Shown: positions 53,605 to 62,887, counted from the stretch's first letter. The stretch is DNA of 64,000 nucleotides from Escherichia coli (GCF_030013595.1 NZ_CP122768.1), one strand, 5' to 3'. A program made the numbers and translations. The notes: generated from the letters alone by a model not told the origin.

Positions 53605-53966
53605 TCCCGGATTTTTTCTGCCAGACCGTCTGCCAGCAACGCGGGAACTGTGGCTTCATTAACCAGCACAACACTGGAGGCCCGGGCAAACATCAACATT
53701 TTTCCCGTCACAGCATCACAGGCTGGCATATGCGCCGTTTTCAGCATACGCACCCGGGCGAGTCCCTGCTCAGAATGCATTCCGTCGCCGGATGCATCGT
53801 TGCCCACCTCTTCCTTCCCCGTCTCCTCCCCATCGAATCCAGCGGCCTCCTCCTCCCATTCCGCCAGACGCTGCTCAAGATCGGCTTTTGAACCTGAAAT
53901 ATCTGCTTCACGCCCCAGAATCACTGCCAGTTCCTGCAAACGTTCAGTCATCTGCTCTTTTGTCAT
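53601..53966 (-). CDS. lambda FI-like DNA packaging protein
   Basis: MTKEQMTERLQELAVILGREADISGSKADLEQRLAEWEEE here versus lambda FI MTKDELIARLRSLGEQLNRDVSLTGTKEELALRVAELKEE. Confidence 0.8.
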   Translation of the reverse strand: MTKEQMTERLQELAVILGREADISGSKADLEQRLAEWEEEAAGFDGEETGKEEVGNDASGDGMHSEQGLARVRMLKTAHMPACDAVTGKMLMFARASSVVLVNEATVPALLADGLAEKIRE

Positions 53967-54016
53967 CACATCTCTCCCGTGCGCTAAAGAAAAAGGCGGG
54001 AATATCCCGCCCTGTC

Positions 54017-55045
54017 TTATTTCACCTGAACCACCACAAACGCATCCGGATCCGGCAGCACCATCAACGGCGCAGACTGCGTCATTGTATATTCGCAACC
54101 AGGATCCCCCACTTCCTCCCAGTGTTTCGGATAACGAATCGCAGAGGTGATCCCTTCACTCAGCGCCTGATTATCCTGGATTGCGCCATAGCAACGGACG
54201 CCCTCCGCCTGAGTGTTTCCCAGAATCAGTGTACCTTCCGGCAGATAACGCTGTTCATCCCCGTTTTCGTCAACATACGTTGTCTTCGCCACCACGACAG
54301 CCAGATCGCCGTACCAGCCCTTAAAGGAAACCACGGAACCCAGGTCTTTCAGTGCGGTTTCCAGCTCAGATTTGGAGCCACGGCGGGTATCCAGTTTTTC
54401 ACGGAACAGTTTAAAACCGTTCAGCATACGCCAGACCGTGCCGTCCATAATCGCGATATTGATGGTACCGGAAGCAAAATCGCAGTACGCATCAAGATCA
54501 TGCGTCGGATCAAAGGTGTCAGCATTCTGCTTTGACCATTCGCGTCCGCCAGCCTGCGTAATGTTATTGGCGGCAGAACGCCCAAAATCCACTTCCACCG
54601 TCTCAAACTGCTCGCCGCTCATAGTGTATTTACCCTGCAGAACAGCACTGACTGCCTGCATTTCTTCCACCTGCACAATCGCCTGCTCTTCCTGTTTCAG
54701 GTTGTCCGTCAGAATACGCAGACGGCGGTAAGCCGGGTCATTAAGGCGGGCCGGATCTTCCCCCGGAAGACGTTCTACAGCCTGCTGATAATCAAAGCGG
54801 TGTTTTGGTTTTACATAACCGGGACGTAACACGCGGGTTTCACCACCACGGCTGCGCAGCACTTTGCCTGACACCACCGGAGACACATACGCCGCAACCG
54901 GTGTTTTGCCGGTAATTTTATCCAGCATGACTTCCTGAGTATGGAAAGTGATCGTGCGACGAAAGAACAGCTCAAGAAACAGCGCACGAAATTTCACTTT
55001 CTGCTCGGTGTACCCGAGTAACTGACGCGTGGTAAATAACCCCAT
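54017..55045 (-). CDS. lambda gpE-like major capsid protein
   Basis: Collinear with lambda E over the full 342-aa length. Confidence 0.95.
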   Translation of the reverse strand: MGLFTTRQLLGYTEQKVKFRALFLELFFRRTITFHTQEVMLDKITGKTPVAAYVSPVVSGKVLRSRGGETRVLRPGYVKPKHRFDYQQAVERLPGEDPARLNDPAYRRLRILTDNLKQEEQAIVQVEEMQAVSAVLQGKYTMSGEQFETVEVDFGRSAANNITQAGGREWSKQNADTFDPTHDLDAYCDFASGTINIAIMDGTVWRMLNGFKLFREKLDTRRGSKSELETALKDLGSVVSFKGWYGDLAVVVAKTTYVDENGDEQRYLPEGTLILGNTQAEGVRCYGAIQDNQALSEGITSAIRYPKHWEEVGDPGCEYTMTQSAPLMVLPDPDAFVVVQVK

Positions 55046-55062
55046 AATTTATATTCCTTCAG

Positions 55063-55083
55063 AAACACAAACGGGCCGCATCG
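55063..55083 (-). terminator. hairpin between the decoration and capsid genes (same position as in lambda)
   Basis: Minus strand reads ACGGGTCGC-gat-GCGGCCCGT followed by TTGTGTTTCT. Confidence 0.4.
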
Positions 55084-55114
55084 CGACCCGTTTTTTCAGT
55101 TAATCACTTCACCA

Positions 55115-55450
55115 TCAGGCGTGGCTGATGGCACTTCCCACAAATGCGTTGGCTTTTTTCACCGCATCCACCGAACCAGGCCAGACCAGCGACTCAGTGG
55201 CAAACGTACCGCTTTTGTAGTACGTCAGCATGGGCTCGGTCCCGGCAAGCGCCAGAGCCAGCACACCCACAGCCGTTCCGGCTTTCTGACCATCCCAGAC
55301 AACCAGTTTTCCGGTGGCGTCATCCACCATCAGTGGCGTCAGTGCAGGTGTGGCAGCACTGATACCACTGGTGGCTGTTGCGGTATGCGCCGGATCGCTT
55401 CCGGCAAAAATGCGCGCATCTGCACGCTTTTCCGTGGTGGTTTTAATCAT
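55115..55450 (-). CDS. lambda gpD-like head decoration protein
   Basis: SDPAHTATA....SA..PA.TPLM.D....KLV.WDG...G.AVG.LA...YKSGTF. Confidence 0.93.
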   Translation of the reverse strand: MIKTTTEKRADARIFAGSDPAHTATATSGISAATPALTPLMVDDATGKLVVWDGQKAGTAVGVLALALAGTEPMLTYYKSGTFATESLVWPGSVDAVKKANAFVGSAISHA

Positions 55451-55488
55451 TTTTCAGCCTCCTGATTTATCTGAATTCCGGATATCGC

Positions 55489-56199
55489 TTACGGCATACT
55501 CATCAGCAGGTCTTCCTCACCGCGCCCGGCAGTTCCGCCACCGGAAACCGCACTGGCAGCATGCTGTGCCATAAAGCGATCAAAAAGTGTTTCCTGTGAC
55601 GGTTGCGATGCCGCCGGCGCGGCTGCCAGCAGCGTTTTCGCCTGCGCCACCGTCATTCCCGGTTGTTCTGTCAGTGCCTGTGCAAGTTGCTCGCGCCCTT
55701 TTGCCTCCGGCAGCGCCATAATCTGATCGCCGACACTTGCAGAACCAGCAACCGGTGCCGCCGCCAGTAACGTTTTGGCCTGGTCAACGGTCATTCCCGG
55801 CTGTTCAGCCAGCGCCTGCGCGAGTTGTTCACGCCCTTTTGCTTCCGGTAACGCCATAATCTGATCGCCTGTGCCTGCAGCACCAGCAGCAGGGGCTGCC
55901 GCCAGAAACGCTTTCGCCTGCTCCACCGTCATCCCCGGCTGACCTGCCAGCATCTGTGCCAGTTGCTCACGCCCCTTTGCTTCCGGCAGCCCCATAATCT
56001 GATCGCCCGTGCTGTCAGTACCGGCAACCGGCGCAGCTGCAAGCAACGTTTTCGCCTGCTCAACCGTCATTCCTGGCTGACCTGCCAGCATTTGCGCCAG
56101 TTGCTCGCGCCCTTTCGCCTCCTGACAATTCAGGATCCCCATCACGCGCTGATTTTCCTGGGCCACCGCTTCAGCAACGGTGAGATTTTTAACAGTCAT
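55489..56199 (-). CDS. nested in-frame scaffold protein (lambda Nu3 analogue)
   Basis: In-frame ATG at 56199, preceded by AAGGAGA at 5-nt spacing. Same arrangement as lambda C/Nu3. Confidence 0.55.
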   Translation of the reverse strand: MTVKNLTVAEAVAQENQRVMGILNCQEAKGREQLAQMLAGQPGMTVEQAKTLLAAAPVAGTDSTGDQIMGLPEAKGREQLAQMLAGQPGMTVEQAKAFLAAAPAAGAAGTGDQIMALPEAKGREQLAQALAEQPGMTVDQAKTLLAAAPVAGSASVGDQIMALPEAKGREQLAQALTEQPGMTVAQAKTLLAAAPAASQPSQETLFDRFMAQHAASAVSGGGTAGRGEEDLLMSMP

Positions 56200-57105
56200 T
56201 GCATTCTCCTTCGTAACAGAGTCATTCAGTACAGAAACCATCACTTCAACGGCATCTGCAGCATTAATCAGTTGATCAGCCAGGCCTGCATCAATGCCTG
56301 CCTGACCGTCATAAACGGCAGCCTCGGTATTCATCACCGCCTCTGAACTCAGCCCCGTATAAAGCGCCACCTTGTCGACAAACATCCGGCGGGCCTCATC
56401 AATACGGCGCTGAAAATCTGCACGCACACCTGCCGGCAATGCCTGAATACTGTTGCCGTCAACCTTATGCTGCCCGGAGTAAATCAGCGTGATGTCCACC
56501 CCTTCCTGTGCCAGTTGTTTCTCGTAACTGGTGTGCGCCATCATCACGCCAATCGAACCAATTTTTGCCGTCTGCGTGACCAGCCGACGGGTACAGGCTG
56601 CCGCCAGCAACATGGCGGCTGAACAGGCCATGTCATTACACAGCGCCCACACGGGCTTCTGTTCCCGCAGACGGTAAATCATGTCAGCACAGTCAAACGC
56701 CCCGGCAGCCTGACCGCCCGGGCTGTCGATATCCAGCAAAATGCCGCGCACATCCGGATCATTCACCGCCATCTGAAGGCGGGCCGTCAGGCCGTCATAG
56801 CCAGTCATGCCGGAGTAAGGCCGCAGGGTACCCAGTTTATGCACCAGCGTGCCGCTCACCGGAAGAATGGCGATGCCATTCTTCACCTGGTAACTCTTTG
56901 CCGGACGCTGACCGCCCGCCATATAGTCAGTCACAGCCAGTTGCATACCATCAGCATCAAGCTGAACAGCCTGCTGAGGAACGGCAAGGCTGCCGGCACC
57001 CATCTCTTTACCCAGCGCGCAAAAGAAAACCCGCGCATAGGCGGGTTCCAGTAAAAGCGGCTCATTAAATGCCATGGCGGCAATATGCGATAAATTACGA
57101 CGCAT
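55489..57105 (-). CDS. lambda gpC-like prohead protease (S49/ClpP-type) with scaffold C-terminus
   Basis: IAAMAFNEPLLLEPAYARVFFCAL... is collinear with lambda C. The C-terminal part contains four 46-aa repeats. Confidence 0.92.
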   Translation of the reverse strand: MRRNLSHIAAMAFNEPLLLEPAYARVFFCALGKEMGAGSLAVPQQAVQLDADGMQLAVTDYMAGGQRPAKSYQVKNGIAILPVSGTLVHKLGTLRPYSGMTGYDGLTARLQMAVNDPDVRGILLDIDSPGGQAAGAFDCADMIYRLREQKPVWALCNDMACSAAMLLAAACTRRLVTQTAKIGSIGVMMAHTSYEKQLAQEGVDITLIYSGQHKVDGNSIQALPAGVRADFQRRIDEARRMFVDKVALYTGLSSEAVMNTEAAVYDGQAGIDAGLADQLINAADAVEVMVSVLNDSVTKENAMTVKNLTVAEAVAQENQRVMGILNCQEAKGREQLAQMLAGQPGMTVEQAKTLLAAAPVAGTDSTGDQIMGLPEAKGREQLAQMLAGQPGMTVEQAKAFLAAAPAAGAAGTGDQIMALPEAKGREQLAQALAEQPGMTVDQAKTLLAAAPVAGSASVGDQIMALPEAKGREQLAQALTEQPGMTVAQAKTLLAAAPAASQPSQETLFDRFMAQHAASAVSGGGTAGRGEEDLLMSMP

Positions 57106-58666
57106 CGACTTTTTCTCCCGTTGTCTGTCGGATCTGCTGCTGAAACGTGTCCTTTATCCAGATGGGGCGGGGAAGACCCGCTGCCTGTCGCTCCTGGCTT
57201 TCACGCAGTTGCTGGCGGAAAATCTCCTGATAGTCATCGCCCATCAGGGCCAGCTCTTTCTCATACGTGCTTAAACCACCTTCAATACGCATCACCGCTT
57301 CCTGCACTTCCTTAAGGCCATCAATCGCCATGCGACCGGCACCAATCCACTCGGCACGACACCATCCGGAACGGGCCTCCCAGAATGAAAAACGGGATTT
57401 CGGCGGGCGGATCACACCGCGAATAAGTGCTTCCTCCAGCCAGCAGGCAAACATCTGTGATGCCAGTCGACTGGCCACAAATTTTCGTTTGCCCATAAAA
57501 TACCGCCACGACTCATTGGCGGATGCCCTGGCACTGGAATAACTGACCTGTGAATAATCACGGGAAAGCTGTTCATAGGACACCCCCAGTCCGGCAGCGA
57601 TGTAACGTAACAGCGCCTTTTCCAGTTCAGAGAAACCATTATCTGCATTCTGCGCTGTCTGCAGATTCAGTGAATCCCCCGGATAAAGATGCGGAATACG
57701 GACCCCGCCCAGCTTTACCGTATTGGTGGCGTAATAACGCGCGTAGCCTTTCATGATGGTGTTCAGGGGATTTTTACCGCCATCTCCCACCCCGGCGATA
57801 TATTCAAATGCTTTTTCCGAATCCAGCGTGGATTCAATCGTCGCGGCATACATCGCCCGCACCACCGCCGACTGCAGTTGCGTGGCCTGCAGTGTGTCGA
57901 GCATCTTGAGGCGCTCCATGACAGAATAAAACTGGTTGGCCCCGCGCGTCTGTCCGTCCTCCTGCGGCTGAAACACATGGATCATTCCCGGTCGCCCGGA
58001 GGGCAGCGTCGCCGCAATCCGCGTCCAGTTGCTGACACCGTAACCGGGCCAGTCATCTTCCTGAACATGGTAGGCCAGTGCTTTTCCGTACCGGTTGATT
58101 TCCACCCCGGCACGCATAAAACGATCGCCGGTACCATAACCGGGTGTACTGACACGTTTCGGGCTGATGGTTTTGAATTTCGTCCGGAATAATGACGTGG
58201 ATTCCGTATCCCATACGGGCTGGACAAAAATTTCACCGTTAAATGTATGAACGCCCACCCCTTCACGAATAAATTCGGTAAACGAGCGACGCCCCTCCAC
58301 ATCCATCGAACCAAACACCGGATCGCAGAATTCCATCCACGCCGCCTCCACATCTTCAATAAAGGCATGTGAATCGGCTTCCGACATCCCCAGCCAGCGC
58401 CAGTTGGGCCGGTAACTCAGACGAAACATGTGTCCGACGATATGGTCTTTATGAATTTCAACGGCGTTTGCGGCAATACCGTTATTGCGGACCAGATCAT
58501 CCGCACGGGCGTTACCCAGCTGAATGGAAGGTAAGAGCGCCACGTCGGCACTTTCCGGTGCAGGCAGCCATTCCGCAAGCTGCCCGCCAAATCCGGTACC
58601 CCCTCCGGAATACCCCATACTCTGCCGCAGTGGCTGCCCGTGAAGATCCACCAGTTCCCCGTTCAC
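57095..58666 (-). CDS. lambda gpB-like portal protein
   Basis: 523 aa, collinear with lambda B. Confidence 0.95.
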   Translation of the reverse strand: MNGELVDLHGQPLRQSMGYSGGGTGFGGQLAEWLPAPESADVALLPSIQLGNARADDLVRNNGIAANAVEIHKDHIVGHMFRLSYRPNWRWLGMSEADSHAFIEDVEAAWMEFCDPVFGSMDVEGRRSFTEFIREGVGVHTFNGEIFVQPVWDTESTSLFRTKFKTISPKRVSTPGYGTGDRFMRAGVEINRYGKALAYHVQEDDWPGYGVSNWTRIAATLPSGRPGMIHVFQPQEDGQTRGANQFYSVMERLKMLDTLQATQLQSAVVRAMYAATIESTLDSEKAFEYIAGVGDGGKNPLNTIMKGYARYYATNTVKLGGVRIPHLYPGDSLNLQTAQNADNGFSELEKALLRYIAAGLGVSYEQLSRDYSQVSYSSARASANESWRYFMGKRKFVASRLASQMFACWLEEALIRGVIRPPKSRFSFWEARSGWCRAEWIGAGRMAIDGLKEVQEAVMRIEGGLSTYEKELALMGDDYQEIFRQQLRESQERQAAGLPRPIWIKDTFQQQIRQTTGEKVDAS

Positions 58667-58872
58667 AGCCCCACTCCTGCCGGGCCGCGACGCCGTCCGG
58701 ATACGCCCAGCGCACTTTCCAGCTCTTCAATATACTGACGCAGTTCACCAATCGTCGCCCGCGAATACTGAACCTGACGCCCGTCCTTGCTGACGGAAAC
58801 CACAGCACGTCCGATCATCAGTTCATGTAATGCCCGGCGGGCATCACAAAGCATTTCATGCGTATAAACCAT
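58663..58872 (-). CDS. lambda gpW-like head-tail joining protein
   Basis: 69 aa; ..ARRALHELM.G..V..V.KDGR.V.Y....I.EL..YI.ELE. Confidence 0.9.
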   Translation of the reverse strand: MVYTHEMLCDARRALHELMIGRAVVSVSKDGRQVQYSRATIGELRQYIEELESALGVSGRRRGPAGVGL

Positions 58873-58875
58873 TCT

Positions 58876-60792
58876 TTATCCTCCACTCAGTGCAGCCGCG
58901 ATTTCTTCCAGACTCATCTCATCGTCGTCCTGCTCATCTCTTCTGGCACGGGCCAGTGCTTCAAGATCCAGCTGCCACCGCTGAACTGAAATACGCAGGG
59001 CAGCATAGGCATATACCAGGCAGTCGAGGGCTTCGTTGCGTCGCCCTTTTTTATCCCACAGCAGTTTCACCCTGCCATTAACCACCTTCTCCACCAGCTC
59101 TTCCGCCACGATCTGACGCGCCTCTTCTTCCGAAAAAATGTCGGGGTTATCAGGAAAACGGAAGGTGTACGGGGCGGCTTCACTGGCAGAGACCACTGGC
59201 AGGGCAAAACGGGCGTACAGCATTTCCTTGACGGTATCGGAGCCCACCTCACACAAAAACACACCACGCTGGTTGCGCTTTTTGGGCATGGTGATCACCG
59301 GCTTGCCGTACACCGATGCCCCTTTTATGGGAAGCACAAAAAAAGTGCCGTGTTTCCTTGAACGCTGATACACAATGTCCTGGTCGATACCACCGGTATC
59401 CCAGCAGACACGGGAAATGGAAATTTCAGTACCGTCAGCATGACGATATTTTTTCCGGATCACCGTATCAACACGTTTAAGGGTGTCCTCGTCTTCCGGT
59501 CGCCCCATGATAATTTGCTTATCAATCAGAAAGGCTTCTTCGCCGGGAGCCCAGCCCCAGACATAAATTTCATAGCGATCTTTCTGGGAGTCGATCCCGG
59601 CGGTCAGGTAAACCACCCGCAGGGGAACCTGCGCACCATAGTGGCAGACCTTTTCCAGTAACAACTCAAAACTCAGCTTTTCTGCCACAGCCTCTTCATA
59701 GGGCTCCCCGAGCGTGGTGTTAATAAACGTCTTGACGCCGTTCGGATCCTTCAGCGCATCCAGCCAGTCATAAACAATCTGTACCCAGGTGGTGAACGGA
59801 CTATACGCCGTCCAGATGTGGAAAGTGACGGAGCGCGGCGGTGGCATCTCCTCATCGCCGGCGCTGTAAAATGCCAGGCCGTCGCGCGTCCACATCCCGG
59901 TATTGTCACAAATCCAGCGCCCGTCGGTCTGGTCAAGTTCCGACTGCCGGATCACACAGCCATTATGTTCACACAGGTAATACACCGTTTCCGGTTTACC
60001 CTTCTCCCATTTCAGGCCAAATGGCGTCGCATCATCGCCAAACTTCAGATACTGGGCCTCCCCGCAATGAGGGCAAGGGACATAAAACCGCATGAAATGC
60101 GCTGATTCATTTGCGGCTTTCTCAATCTGGCAGGAGCCTTTAATTTTTGGCGTTGAGCCACGTATGGATTTAGGCCATACCGAGCCTTCGATACGCTTAT
60201 CGCCAAGCAGCGTCGGCGAACCTTCTTTTTCCACATCCGGTTCAAACGAGGAGAGTTCGTCATAGCAGACCACATCCACAGATTTTTCACGGTAGTTTTT
60301 AGCAGCGGCGCCGCCAAGGCACCAGAAACCCACACCGGAGGAAAAACGCTTCAGGGTGAGTGTATTATCGCGGTGCTTTCTTCCGAACCATGGAGCCAGC
60401 TCCAGCAATGCAGGAACATCCCTGATCGTTGGCTCAACATGAGATTTCATGAAATCTTCTGCAGCAGAATCTGTTGGCTGAAAAAGCAGACTGTTACGGG
60501 ATTTATGCTCAATAAAATAAGCCTCCACCCCCAACAGCATTTTGGTGTAACCAACGCGCGCCGATTTAATCAGATTAACGGTGCGGATCCGGTCATTTCC
60601 CATGCTGTTCATAATGGCAACCTGAAACGGCAGGGTTTCCCATTGTCCGGGAGTGTATGAAGATTCTTTCGGCAGATAATAATGTTGATCAGCCCACTGA
60701 ACCGTCGTCAGTGGAACCGGAATATTGAGAGATAAAAGCCCTGTAGCTATCGCACCGGCTGCATTAGCTGCCTTCTGTGCGTCTGAAATCAT
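58876..60792 (-). CDS. lambda gpA-like terminase large subunit
   Basis: Collinear with lambda A ([15 protein letters not shown]...). The ATG at 60792 is preferred and overlaps the Nu1 end, as in lambda. Confidence 0.95.
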   Translation of the reverse strand: MISDAQKAANAAGAIATGLLSLNIPVPLTTVQWADQHYYLPKESSYTPGQWETLPFQVAIMNSMGNDRIRTVNLIKSARVGYTKMLLGVEAYFIEHKSRNSLLFQPTDSAAEDFMKSHVEPTIRDVPALLELAPWFGRKHRDNTLTLKRFSSGVGFWCLGGAAAKNYREKSVDVVCYDELSSFEPDVEKEGSPTLLGDKRIEGSVWPKSIRGSTPKIKGSCQIEKAANESAHFMRFYVPCPHCGEAQYLKFGDDATPFGLKWEKGKPETVYYLCEHNGCVIRQSELDQTDGRWICDNTGMWTRDGLAFYSAGDEEMPPPRSVTFHIWTAYSPFTTWVQIVYDWLDALKDPNGVKTFINTTLGEPYEEAVAEKLSFELLLEKVCHYGAQVPLRVVYLTAGIDSQKDRYEIYVWGWAPGEEAFLIDKQIIMGRPEDEDTLKRVDTVIRKKYRHADGTEISISRVCWDTGGIDQDIVYQRSRKHGTFFVLPIKGASVYGKPVITMPKKRNQRGVFLCEVGSDTVKEMLYARFALPVVSASEAAPYTFRFPDNPDIFSEEEARQIVAEELVEKVVNGRVKLLWDKKGRRNEALDCLVYAYAALRISVQRWQLDLEALARARRDEQDDDEMSLEEIAAALSGG

Positions 60793-61312
60793 CAATCCAC
60801 CTGCCCACGTTTTCACCGGCTTTAGCTGCAACATTGGAGGCTTTCGCGATTTCAGTTTTCACCACATCAAGGTGTGACGGTGAAATATCCGGATATTTAC
60901 GCTGTAATGTCAGCGGCACACGTACAAGTATCCCCGAAATCTCCTGTGCCACACGTTGCAGAATGAAGGTAAACAATTCTGTTTCCAGCACCAGCCCTTC
61001 TTCACGGGCATTTTTCAGCTCCTGTGCGTCAGCCTGTGCTTTGGTTAACCGGTAGCGTTCATAGTCAATGGTGCCGGGTTGTAAATCTGATTCTGCAGTC
61101 GCACGCAAATCTTCCAGTTCTTTGCGGAGCTTTTCGTTTTCGATATCTTTTTCCCGCTGCGCATACCACTCAATGGCTTCTGCAGTATTGAACATGGCTT
61201 CGATACCTTTGCCTCCCCCCGACAAAACTCTCAGCCCCTGACTTTGCCAGCCAGTGATTGTTCTGACATCGCACTCAAAAATTTCCGCCAGTTTCTTTTT
61301 GTTAACCTTCAC
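60764..61312 (-). CDS. lambda Nu1-like terminase small subunit
   Basis: [34 protein letters not shown] here versus lambda MEVNKKQLADIFGASIRTIQNWQEQGMPVLRGGGKG. Confidence 0.95.
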   Translation of the reverse strand: MKVNKKKLAEIFECDVRTITGWQSQGLRVLSGGGKGIEAMFNTAEAIEWYAQREKDIENEKLRKELEDLRATAESDLQPGTIDYERYRLTKAQADAQELKNAREEGLVLETELFTFILQRVAQEISGILVRVPLTLQRKYPDISPSHLDVVKTEIAKASNVAAKAGENVGRWIDDFRRTEGS

Positions 61313-61327
61313 GGCACATATTCCTCA

Positions 61328-61445
61328 CAAAAAGAAGAAAGGATCTCAAAACGCTTTTTTCAGCGAAAAATCACCGCTGCCAGATCCTTTCTTTTTTTAA
61401 GAAAACTCTATTAAACAACAGGTTAGCCAGAAGAAGAACGGATCT
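61328..61445 (-). promoter_or_regulatory. cosB-like terminase binding region (R3, R2, R1 repeats)
   Basis: Minus strand has AGATCCGTTCTTCTTC (R3), AAGAAAGGATCTGG (R2, inverted) and GAGATCCTTTCTTCTTTTTG (R1). Order and spacing match lambda cosB. Confidence 0.7.
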
Positions 61446-61486
61446 GCTTTTTCCCTGAAAATTTTCATAAATAGCGCGTTTTTGCG

Positions 61487-61498
61487 CGTCCCCAGACC
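61487..61498 (-). other. predicted cosN 12-nt cohesive end (GGTCTGGGGACG on the minus strand)
   Basis: Aligned to lambda GGGCGGCGACCT using the flanks ACGGGTCCTTTC (upstream) and GCTATTTATGAAAATTTTC (downstream), both conserved here. Confidence 0.6.
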
Positions 61499-61612
61499 CT
61501 CGGTGTTTCAGGTTCCAGAAAGGACCCGTTGAAATGGGAGTAATTATCATTTACACGCTCTAACACCTGCATTATCGCAACCCCTCACACAGAAGGGCTG
61601 CTGTAATGCCTG

Positions 61613-62011
61613 TTACTCACGAATCAGGCGAGCACTCTTACCATTCATTTCAATACGCGAATACTGCGGTTTACCATCAATGATGTCTGTCATCACGAAC
61701 ATCTCACCCGGCTGCAGTTCAACTACTGCGCCTTCCGGCAATTTCATGCAGGCAAATACCGGACAACCAGGATGACGATCATCTTCTGTTGCTTCCAGCA
61801 TTGACTCACCAAACCACTCCGTCGTGGCGCGACCATCAGCTGCTTTGTAGTGGATCAAGTACTGGTTTTCGCCATCCGCATACTGCGCGCGGGCTTTAAC
61901 CTCACCCCATTCATCACTGATGCGCATCTCCACCAGTTGAGACAACTCAAACTTAAACGGAGCAGCATCAGCACCAATTACAATCGGTTTGCTTTCTGTT
62001 TTTTCCATCAT
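61613..62011 (-). CDS. hypothetical protein between the lysis region and cos
   Basis: 132 aa; AGGAGA precedes the start; no recognisable motif. Confidence 0.6.
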   Translation of the reverse strand: MMEKTESKPIVIGADAAPFKFELSQLVEMRISDEWGEVKARAQYADGENQYLIHYKAADGRATTEWFGESMLEATEDDRHPGCPVFACMKLPEGAVVELQPGEMFVMTDIIDGKPQYSRIEMNGKSARLIRE

Positions 62012-62182
62012 CGTCTCCTGATATCAAAGCCCGTCGCCGCACCGGGCACTGATCAACATTTGAGTATTCGCGGCGACAGAAAGAATTTATTTTATTGAGT
62101 AGCCACAAACACAGAATTTCATGCTTTCCGGACGCTGGCGCACTCTTCATTTTTCAGCAAAATATTCTGCTCTTACAGGCGA

Positions 62183-62359
62183 TCAGTTCTGCAGACACTG
62201 CCGAACACCGTCGACAATTTCACAGACCAGAGAAGCGGTATCGAAAAGCTGGCGCGCTTTATCCAGGCTGACGCATCCCACCAATAAAAAAGGCACCAGT
62301 ATCGCTACCCATTTCGCCGCCGTTCGCGGCATTCTGTGTGTCCAGTGTTTTCGCGTCAT
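62183..62359 (-). CDS. small lipoprotein (58 aa; not in the ORF track)
   Basis: Hand translation gives MTRKHWTHRMPRTAAKWVAILVPFLLVGCVSLDKARQLFDTASLVCEIVDGVRQCLQN. Lipobox LLVGC; three more Cys in the mature part. Confidence 0.55.
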   Translation of the reverse strand: MTRKHWTHRMPRTAAKWVAILVPFLLVGCVSLDKARQLFDTASLVCEIVDGVRQCLQN

Positions 62360-62360
62360 A

Positions 62361-62474
62361 TCACCACCAACGCACAGCCCAAATCAGAACAGCGACCGCC
62401 ACAAGGCGAATTGCAAAGGCCGCAGCCCTTGTCAAATCAAGGCTCGCGGGAGTTTCCACTTCAATACCTTTCAT
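62361..62474 (-). CDS. 37-aa single-TM peptide (not in the ORF track)
   Basis: MKGIEVETPASLDLTRAAAFAIRLVAVAVLIWAVRWW. The stop is 1 nt before the lipoprotein ATG (TGAtATG). Confidence 0.45.
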   Translation of the reverse strand: MKGIEVETPASLDLTRAAAFAIRLVAVAVLIWAVRWW

Positions 62475-62566
62475 AATGGACAACCTCAAAAAGAATCTTT
62501 TATACTTTCCCACGAGGATTTTCTCCGTACTCACTACTCACAATTTCCTCTCTGACGTGAAAACTC

Positions 62567-62607
62567 AAAACCCCGGACTGTTCCAGCAGCCGGGGTTTTG
62601 TTTTTTT
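62567..62607. terminator. bidirectional rho-independent terminator
   Basis: AAAACCCCGG-13 nt-CCGGGGTTTT, with T-runs on both strands. Confidence 0.75.
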
Positions 62608-62887
62608 ATTTACTGCCCTGGGTGCGGCATCTGGCTATTTCACCCCTGGCTTTACTGTCACCGCGACAGATACAACGCACCGTGTCTCCGGTCAACGTGG
62701 TAATGTAAGCCTCATCCTCTTTTTCTACCGGAATACATGGAATATCCCCGCCCCGGCAATACTCAATTTTTGCTGCAAGATGAGTGTCACGCGGATAGAA
62801 CTCCAGACGATACATATCTCCCAGGACATGCACTTCCTCAACCTGGCGACCATCCTCAGTTACGGTAATTTTTTTCAGTGCGTACAT
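62606..62887 (-). CDS. Cys-rich hypothetical protein (93 aa)
   Basis: ATG at 62887 with a GGAGG 5 nt upstream. The gene is bracketed by terminators. Confidence 0.6.
   Translation of the reverse strand: MYALKKITVTEDGRQVEEVHVLGDMYRLEFYPRDTHLAAKIEYCRGGDIPCIPVEKEDEAYITTLTGDTVRCICRGDSKARGEIARCRTQGSK

Noticed and set aside
62121-62555. 144-aa plus-strand ORF in the lysis-to-cos gap of prophage 2.
   Set aside because: Its R/S/T/H-rich composition is not protein-like and it has no RBS. It is antisense to the better-supported small minus-strand ORFs (lipobox, coupled stop/start).
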